64,000 bases of DNA. Source: Octopus sinensis (Eukaryota). Position 1 is the first letter of the stretch, and each line of letters begins with the position of its first letter. The stretch lies in assembly GCF_006345805.1 (NCBI RefSeq), contig NC_043025.1:4464001-4528000 (forward strand), given 5' to 3'. A model generated the notes under the pieces. It saw only the letters and a list, made by a program, of their open reading frames with translations. It made no database searches and was not told the origin of the DNA. Made by a program: the position numbers and the translations under genes. Of the stretch, positions 49,288-59,365 are shown piece after piece.

Positions 49288-52200
49288 GAGGGTTTGAACC
49301 TTTATCCTTGCTGCCCGGATGTCCAGCAAAGTAGCATATTCATTGAGTCGTATCTCACATTCTCGTTGTGTGTGTTCCGTCTTCTGGTGTGCAGCTTCTA
49401 TCTAAAGGAGGGACAACAAGAATATTATACACACTGGATAAATAGATAAATGCATAAATAAATACATACATACATTCATGCATGCATACACACACACACA
49501 CACATACATGCATACATACATACATATAAACATACATATAAACATACATGCATACACACATATATACATACATACAAACATACATGCATACATACATGCA
49601 TGCATGCATACATACATACAGAGTCATACATACATGCATGCATGCATACATATATGCATACAGAGTCATGCATATATACATTTATACACACAAGACAAGA
49701 CACACAGGAATCTGAAGAGATGAAGCAATTAGGGATATGAAGACAGGGAAAGCTCCTGGTTCATCAGGAATCACCACTGAGATGCGTAAAATATCTGGCC
49801 CAGTGGGTTATGGCTAGTCACCTGTATAGTTAATCAGGTGATACACAAAGGAGTCATATCCAGTGACTGGTGTGGCAGCACCATAGTCAACTGCTACAAA
49901 GGTAAAGGCGATGCTTTAGATACAAATAATTACAGAGGTATCAAATTGTTCGATCAGGTGATGGTCACAGAGAGGGTCATAGCCCAACTAATTAGGGAGA
50001 AAGTTAGTTTAGATGAGATGCAGTTTGGTTTCGTGCCAGGGAAAAGCACCACTGATGCTATATTTCTGGTAAGACAGCTGCAGGAGAAATACCTAGCCAA
50101 AGATAAACCTCTATACTCAGCTTTTGTTGACATGGAGAAAGCCTTCGACAGGGTCCCCTGATCCCTCATCTGGTGGTCAATGTGGAAACTAGGGATAGAC
50201 GAGTAGATGGTGAGAGCTGTACAAGCCATGTACAGGGATGCTGTCAGTAAGGTGAGGGTTGGCAACAGGTATAGTGAAGAATTCAGGGTACAAGTTGAGG
50301 TTCACCAAGGATCAGTCCTCAGCCCCCTCTTGTTCATCATAGTCCTCCAGGTAATAACAGAGGAATCTAAGACAGGCCGCCCCTGGGAGCTCCTCTATGC
50401 TGATGACCTTGCTCTAATAGCTGAGTAACTACCAGAACTTGAGAAGAAGCTTTAGGTGTGGATACAAGGTCTAGAATCAATCTAGCAAAAACCAAAGTCT
50501 TCGTATGTAGGAAAGCAGACAAATCACAAATCCCTTCAGGTAGATGGCTCTGTTCAATCTGTAGAAAAGGTGTAGATAGAAACTCCATAAGATGTACCCG
50601 GTGTAAGCTCTGGACACAAGAGGTACAGCAATATCAGAAGAAGGTTAACAGGAAAGATACCTTTTTTGTGCAGAAGGTGACAGGTAAATTAACACTAAAA
50701 ATGTACATAAAATAGATTCCATCACATGCTAGGGAGAAAACTAGAAGTAGTCGATTGCTTTTGTTACCATCAAAGTCAGTAACAGGGGTGGATGCTCCAA
50801 GTGCGTAGCTGTTAGAATAAGAATAGGCTGGGCAAAGTTCTGCTGGTAACAAAGGGCCTCTTGCTCAGAGTGAAAGGCAGACTGTATGATGCCTGTGTGT
50901 GAACAAACATGCTACATGGCAGTGAAACATGCGCTGTGACAGCTGAGGACATGCACAGGCTTGAAAGGAATGAAGCTGGTATGCTTCACTGGATGTGTAA
51001 TGTCAGTGTGCATGCTGGACAGAGTATAAGTGTCCCGAGAGAAAAGTTGGGCAAAAGAAGCATCAGATGGGGTGTGCGAGAGAGACGAAGAAGAGTAGGA
51101 AGAGGAAGAGGAGGAGGGGTAGGAAGAAGGGGAAGAAGAGGAGGAGGAAGAGGAGGGGTAGGAAGAAGAAGAAGAAGAGGAAGGGTAGGAAGAAGAGGAG
51201 GAGGAGGAGGAAGAAGGGGAAGAAGAAGAAGAGGAGGAGGAGGAGGGGTAGGAAGAAGAGGAGGAGGGGTGGGAAGAAGAAGAAGAAGAAGAGGAGGAGG
51301 GGGGGGAGGAAGAAGGGGAAGAAGAGTAGAAAGAGGAGGAGGAAGAAGAAGACGGAGAAAGAGAGGGAGACAGAGAGGGGGAGACAGAGATTGGTATGGT
51401 CATGTGATGCATATGGAAGAGGACAGCTGTGTGAAGAAGTGTCACGCTCTAATGATGGAGGGAACCTGTGAAAGAGGTAGACCCAGGAAGACATGGGAGA
51501 AGGTGGTGAAGCATGACCTTCGAACGTTGGGCCTCACAGAGGCAATGACTAGTGACCGGGACCTTTGGCAATATGCTGTGCTTCAGAAGAGCCACCAAGC
51601 AAAGTGAGGTCATAGTTGTGGCCGATGGCAGTGTGGCGTAACTGTCAAACGTTGGCCGATATGATCATGACGATGATGACGATGACGATGATGATGATGA
51701 CGGTGATGCTGGTGGTAGTTATGGTGGTGGTAAGGATGATGACAGTGATGAAGGTGATGAATGTAGTAATGACAGCAATGGTGGTGGTAGTGGTGGTGAT
51801 GATGATGATGGAGGAGGAGGAGGGGAAGAAGAAGAAGAAGAGTAGGAAGAGGAGGAGGAGGAATAGGAAGAAGAAGAAGAAGAGGGGTAGGAAGAAGAAG
51901 AAGAGGAGGATGAGGGGTAGGAAGAAGAAGGGGAAGATGAAGAGGAGGGGTAGGAAGAAGAGGATGAGGAGGAGGAAGATGAGGAAGAGGAAGAGGAAGT
52001 AGAGGAGGATGGGTAGGAAGAAGAAGAGGAGGATGGGTAGGAAGAAGAAGAAGAGGAGGATGGGTAGGAAGAGGGGGAAGAGGAGGAGGAGGGGTAGGAA
52101 GAAGAAGAAGAAGAGGAGGAAGAAGAAGAAGAGTAAAAAGAGGAGGAGGAAGAAGACGGAGAAAGAGAGGGAGGGAGAGAGATTTGAGACACAGACAGAT

Positions 52201-54275
52201 AATGGTAAAATACCTCTTTGTGATAATCCTTATTAATCTTGTACTGGAGTAACAGCATGTTTCTGGTTTTTTCCAATTCATGAACCATAGCAGCGTAGTC
52301 AGACTCCAGCTGATGCACGTTCTGATGGCTCACTGCAAAACACAAGACAAGATATCACATAGAGACACACAGACACACATCATCATCATCATCATCATCA
52401 TCGTTTAACGTCCGTTCTCCATGCTAGCATGGGTTGGACAGTTCAACAGGGGTCTGGGAAGCCCGAAGGCTGCACCAGGCTCCAGTCTGATCTGGCAGTG
52501 TTTCTACAGCTGGATGCCCTTCCTAACGCCAACCACTCCGTGAGTGTAGTGGGTGCTTTTTATGTGCCACCGACACAGGTGCCAGAAGAGGCTGGCGAAC
52601 GGCCACACTCGGATGGTGTTTTTTATGTGCCACCGACACAGGTGCCAGAAGAGGCTGGCGAACGGCCACGCTCGGATGGTGTTTGTTATGTGCCACCGAC
52701 ACAGGTGCCAGACGAGGCTGACAGACAGCCACGCTCGGATGGTGTTTTTTATGTGCCACCGACACAGGTGCCAGACGAGGCTGGCGAACGGCCACGCTCG
52801 GATGGTGTTTGTTATGTGCCACCGACACAGGTGCCAGACGAGGCTGGCAGACGGCCACGCTCGGATGGTGTTTTTTATGTGCCACCGACACAGGTGCCAG
52901 GTGAGGCTGGCACGGCCACGATCGGATGGTGTTTGTTACGTGCCCACAGCACAGAGGCCAGTCGATGCGGTGCTGGCTACAGCCACGTTCGGATGGTTTT
53001 CTTATGTGCCACCGGCACTGGTACCACAAAACTACAAATTCCATTGATGTTCATCGATATATATTGACGGTGGTATGTAAAAAGCACCGTCCGAACGTGG
53101 TCGGTGCCCAGTGCCCCCCTCGACTGGATCCCGTGCCGTGAGTGTGTGTATGTTTGTGAGTTCACTTGTATGTTTGTGTGTGTAAACATTTGTATGTATA
53201 TGTGTGTGTATGTATGAAGATAATGATGACACTGATGATGATGATGACTTTGATAATGATGAAGATGATGGTGATGGCAATGATGATGACAACGACAAGG
53301 GTGATGATGAAGAGGAGGACTATGGTACGTACAAAGCACCCACTACACTTTTGGAGTGGTTGGCATTAGGAAAGGCATCCGGCTGTAGAAACTCTGCCAG
53401 ATCAAGATTGGAGCCTGGTGCAGCCTCCTGGCTCGCCAGACCTCAGTCAAACAGTCCAACCCATGCCAGCATGGAAAGCAGACGTTAAACGATGATGATG
53501 ATGATGATGATTATGATGATAACAACCACAACCGCTATATATGTCCCCTGACCTGCCTCCTTACCCTTTTCAACTTCGGTATCAACCTGCATCACAAAAC
53601 TAGGGGTCTTGTTAACTGAATCCTGCTTGCTCCGTACCAGGGTGAGGGCTTCCTCAAGCTCCGTTAAGTCAACGTCACTTTTCTGTAAAAAAAAAAAAAG
53701 GAGAAAAAAAAACAAATAAATACAGTTTTACATTTTTATAATACTTCTAAGTGTGTGCGAGGATAGGCAGGTATACAAACAGAAACGTGAGCATGCTGGG
53801 CGAAATGCTTAGCGGTATTTTGTCTGTCGTTACTTTCTGAGTTCAAATTCTGCTGAGGTCGACTTTGCCTTTCATCCTTTCGGGGTCGATAAATTAAGTA
53901 CCAGTTACACACTGGGGTCGATATAATCGACTTAATACCTATGTCTGTCCTTGTTTGTCCCCTCTATGTTTAGCCCCTTGTGGGTAATAAAGAAATAGGT
54001 ATACAAACATATATATATACATGTACAAAGCAATTAAGATTCAAGTCAATTCCAATGAATTTACTTGAATGTGGTACTTAACTTAGATGCACCAGAAAAA
54101 CTATATGGTGTTAACCATACAGTAATGTGGGGTGATTATAAACGAGAAAGAAGCAACAAGAATGGATTAGTTTTTAGTACAATTGTTTCATACAAAGACA
54201 GGCTTTATTACAAGTTGCAAAAATTGCAGCAGATAAAAGTGTCCCGTACTCATCAGCTAAAATACATGTACATAT

Positions 54276-54344
<69 letters not shown>

Positions 54345-57300
54345 GATGACCCAGAAGTAGGTTTACAGTTATCACATAGGCACTTTAAATTTCTTTTAAA
54401 ATATTTTATTACATTTAAATTTCTATTGGACAAACTGAAAAGGAAGCTCGACAAAACTAAATTAGCAAAGAATAATGCTTTCTTATTCTTTTATAATTAA
54501 GATCGAAACTGTTAATATATGAATGCAAAAGATATAGTTGAAGAACTGTGAACCTACTTTTGGGCCTCCCTGTACACACATATCACATATATACACATAT
54601 ATATAGTAGTTGTGATACCTGTGCCGGTGGCACATAAAAAGCACCATCCGAACATGGCCGTTGCCAGCCCCGCCTCGACTGGCTTCCGTGCCGGTGGCAC
54701 ATAAAAAGCACCATACGAATGTGGCCGATGCCAGCGCCGCCTTGGCTGGCTTCCGTGCCAGTGGCACATAAAAAGCACCAACCAATCGTGGCCGATGCCA
54801 GAGCCCCCCCCCCGGCACCTGTGCAGGTGGCACATCAAAAGCACCCACTACACTCGCGGAGTGGTTGGCGTTAGGAAGGGCATCCAGCCGTAGAAACACT
54901 GCCAGATCAGACTGGAGCCTGGTGCTGCCCCTGGCTTCCCAGACCCCGGTCGAACCATCCAACCCGTGCTAGCACGGAAAATGGACGTTAAACGATGATG
55001 AGGATGATGATGATGATATATATGATGAGCCAGGAGAAATATATATATCTGGCATTTGTGCTAGCGGGGTGCAAAGAGCACCATACGAGTGTGATCGTTG
55101 ACAGAGCAGCTATTCAAGCGTGATCGTTACCAGTGTCGCCTTACTGGCACTTATGCCTGTGCTAGTAGGGTGCCAAGCGCACCATCCGAGCGTGATCGTT
55201 GCCAGAGCAGCCAACTGGCTTCCATACCCGTGGCACATAAAAGGGCACCATTCGGGCGTGATTGTTACCAACGTCGCTTCACTGTCACCTGTTCCGCCTC
55301 ACTGGCCTCCATGCCGGTGGCACGTAAAAAGCAGCCACTACACTCTCGGAGTGGTTGGCGTTAGGAAGGGCATCAAGCTGTAGAAACTCTGCCAGATCAA
55401 GATTGGGGCCTGGTGCAGCCATCTGGCTCGCCAGCCCTCAGTCAAAATCGTCCAACCCATGCTAGCATGGAAAGCGGACGTTAAACGATGATGATGATGA
55501 TGATGATGATGAAGAACTTACTTTCAAAATCAGATCTATGCATTGGAATGACTTTTCATTAATTGTTTAAAACAGTAACTTGAATATGTCTGATTTTGAT
55601 TGGAAGACTAAGATTTGCCTTACTCTCTGTATGGCATCTATCCCAGTTTGACTGAAAAAAGTTTCATGCATGAGCCAGCATCTTGCAGATTTGTGTTTTA
55701 ATGGTTATCATGAAATCGACCAAACATGCACTTATAACCAGTTTTTGAAAGTAAAGCTCTTCGTATATACATGGCTGGAATACAACACTGCCAATATGCA
55801 CGTCATAGAACAACACCAATCAATGACGAAATATGCTAATTAATAAAACAATCAACAAAATTAATTAATACTGACACTGGTGAAAATACTCATTTTCTTT
55901 TTTAGTTCCTCGTTTTGTTCCTGGAGTTGGTAGTTTTCTATACGAACTTCGCGTAGCAACCTTTCTGCTTCACTGTTTTCCGCTATGGGACCAAACCAAC
56001 AATGTAAAGAACACAAGAGAATTAGGGGGTTAGGGTACACATCGCACAGCAGACACATACTACTTTGAAGATGCTAGCAGTTGGCTCTCAGTCCCATGGT
56101 GGACTAAAGAAGAGATACTCAGCCTCTCAAGAAAACCTTGAATACAACTTTTGTTCAGGCATAGTGTATCTAGGACTACATTATCTAATGTGATGGCTTT
56201 AGTTGTTGTTTAAGCCCAGGTCAGCTCTCATCCAGCTGATCTATGATGAGAGATGTTCCAGATATGACCACCCAGTCTTTTGTTCAGGCATAGTGTATCT
56301 AGGACTACATTATCTAATGTGATGGTTTTAGTTGTTGTTTAAGCCCAGGTCAGCTCTCATCCAGCTGATCTATGATGAGAGATGTTCCAGATATGACCAC
56401 CCAGTCTTTTGTTCAGGCATAGTGTATCTAGGACTACATTATCTAATGTGATGGTTTTAGTTGTTGTTTAAGCCCAGGTCAGCTCTCATCCAGCAGATCT
56501 ATGACGAGAGATGTTCCAGATAGGACCACCCAGTCTTTTGTTCAGGCATAGTGTATCTAGGACTACATTATCTAATGTGATGGTTTTAGTTGTTGTTTAA
56601 GCTCAGGTCAGCTCTCATCCAGCAGATCTATGATGAGAGATGTTCCAGATATGACCACCCAGTCTTTTATTCAGGCATAGTGTATCTAGGACTACATTAT
56701 TTGGTATGTCCTTCCTTATTATTGTTGTCTTTGTTTAGCACCAGGTCAAACTTGATCAAGCAGACCTATGCTCGAAGGCATTCCAACCAGGACCATCCTG
56801 TTAATTCACTATGCCCTTTTCTTTTATTGAGACTTTAGAGTGTGTCTTTTATATGACACCAGCACAGGTGTTTTTAAACATGGCACCAGCACAGGTGCTT
56901 TGTATGTGACAAAGGCACAGCTGTCCTTTACGTGGCACCAGCACAGGTGTTTTTTAAATGGCATCAGCACTTGTTTTATATATGGCACCAGCACAGGTGT
57001 TTTTTATATGGCACCAGCACAGGTGTTTTGTATATGACAAAGGCACAGCTGTCCTTTACGTGGCACCAGCACAGGTGTTTTTTAAATGGCATCAGCACTT
57101 GTTTTATATATGGCACCAGCACAGGTGTTTTTTATATGGCACCAGCACAGGTGTTTTGTATATGACAAAGGCACAGCTGTCCTTTACGTGGCACCAGCAC
57201 AGGTGTTTTTAAACATGGCACCAGCACAGGTGTTTTGTATGTGACAAAGGCACAGCTGTCCTTTATGTGGCACCAGCACAGGTGGTTTTTATGTGGCATC

Positions 57301-59308
57301 AGCACACTTGTTTTATATATGACATCAGCACAGGTGTTTTTATGACACCAGCACAGGTGTTTTTTATATGGCACCAGCACAGGTGTTTTTTATATGGCAC
57401 CAGCACAGGTGTTTTGTATGTGACAAAGGCACAGCTATCCTTTATGTGGCACCAGCACAGGTGTTTTTTATGTGACACCAGCACAGGTATCCTTATGTGA
57501 CATCAACACCCATAAGCTCATAGGACAAGGGCTTCTCAGCTGAGAGATGGAGTGGAACTGAGAGGTTAAAAAAGTATGACAGAGATGGCTTTCTTGCAAC
57601 TGAGGACATACTTGGTTATCTCAGTAGGACAAGGAAGGAAAGGAAAGTGGCAGAGAGTTAGAGGGACACTACATTCTTTTATTTGTTTCAGTCATTTGAC
57701 TGCGGCCATGCTGGAGCACCATCTTGAAAGATTTTTTTAGTCAAAGAAATTGACCCCAGCACACTTTTGAACCATGAAGGTTTCTTCCACACAGTCTGCT
57801 GGACCCATTCTTCACATGCAGAGATAGGTAAGCCCTAATATGCTAATTAACCCATGGGACCCTGACAGGTGCTACAACTTCGGGTCAGAGTAGACAGGGG
57901 AACAACAGTGGCTAAGGGGTGGTTCTATGCTCCTCAAACTCCCTGGAACTTCTGAACCAGGGATTCACTACCAGCTGCAGTCTAAAGTTGGACCCAGGAC
58001 TCGGGGGGGGGGGGGGGCTAAACATCAACCTTACCAATTTCCTTGTTCAGTCTATCAATGACGTTGCTCCGTTCTCCGAGGTCAGCGTTGATGGCCGCCT
58101 CAAGTTGTGCAATCTGCACCTTCAGTGCACTCTCCCTCTGGCGCCACTCACGCTCTCGCTCCAAGTCAAAGGCACTGCAAAAAAGAGACAGGGAGGTGAA
58201 AGCGTTTGCTGTGAGGAAACTGTAATTCAGTCACTGTGGTGATGGTGATGGTGGTGGTGGTGTAGTGGTGGTGGTGTTGGTAGTGGTGATGGTGTGGTGA
58301 TGGTAGTGGTGATGGTAGTGGTGATGGTGTGGTGGTGTGGTAGTGGTGATGGTGTGGTGATGGTGTGGTGGTGGTGGTGATGGTGTGGTGATGGTGGTGG
58401 TAGTGGTGATGGTGTGGTGGTGGTGATGGTGTGGTGGTGGTAGTGGTAGTGGTGATGGTGGGATGGTGGTAGTGGTGGCAGTGGTGAGGATGATGACAGT
58501 GATGGTGTGGTAGTGGTGGTGGTAGTGATGATGTTATAGTAGTGGTGACGATAGTGCTGGTAGTGGTAATGATAGTGGTGTGATGGTAGTGATGACAGTG
58601 GTGCTGGTAGTGGTGGTGGTGATGTTGATGGTGGCTTGGTGATCGTTGTTGCTGTGGTGGTAGTGGTAATGATGACGTCGTGGTATAATAGTAACGATAG
58701 TGGTGGTAGTTATGGTGGTGTTGGTGATGGTGGTGGTTGTAGTGGTGGTTGTGGTGATGAGTGTTGTGGTGGTTGTGACGGTAGTGTTAATGGCTGTGAT
58801 GGCTGTGGTAGTTGCAGTTGTGGTGATGGCTGTGGTTTAGGTTGTGGTGGTGGTGGTGGTGGTAGTGATTGTTGTTATTGCAGTGGTGGTGATAGTGGTG
58901 TGGTCATTATGGTAGCTATCATCATCATCACCATCACCATCACTTTACATCCAATGGTCGTAATGTAATATTGTAGTGATGGCTGTGGTACTAGTGGTGG
59001 CTGTAGTGTTGGTGGTAGTGTTAGAAATAGTCGTAATGGGTAAAACAGGATATGAAACTATGAAAGAGGGTTCAACATAGCTTTGCACTACATGACAACA
59101 ACATAGCTTTGCACTACATGACAACAACATAGCTTTGCACTACATGACAACAACAACAACAGCAACAACAACAACAGTAAAGTGGGGGGTCTGACTGTAC
59201 AAAGCTAGATGACCGCCCCCCTATACATACCTTCTGGTCAGCTTATCATTGCTTTCCACAAGGAGTTGTTTATCATTCTGTAATGAGATTATCTGTTCTT
59301 GGAGCTGA

Positions 59309-59365
<57 letters not shown>

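Noticed and set aside
52553-52930. Regularly spaced repeats resembling a CRISPR array (also 34455-35310, 56151-57500, 63283-64000)
   Set aside because: Eukaryotic context, no unique spacers, no cas genes; these are tandem repeats.
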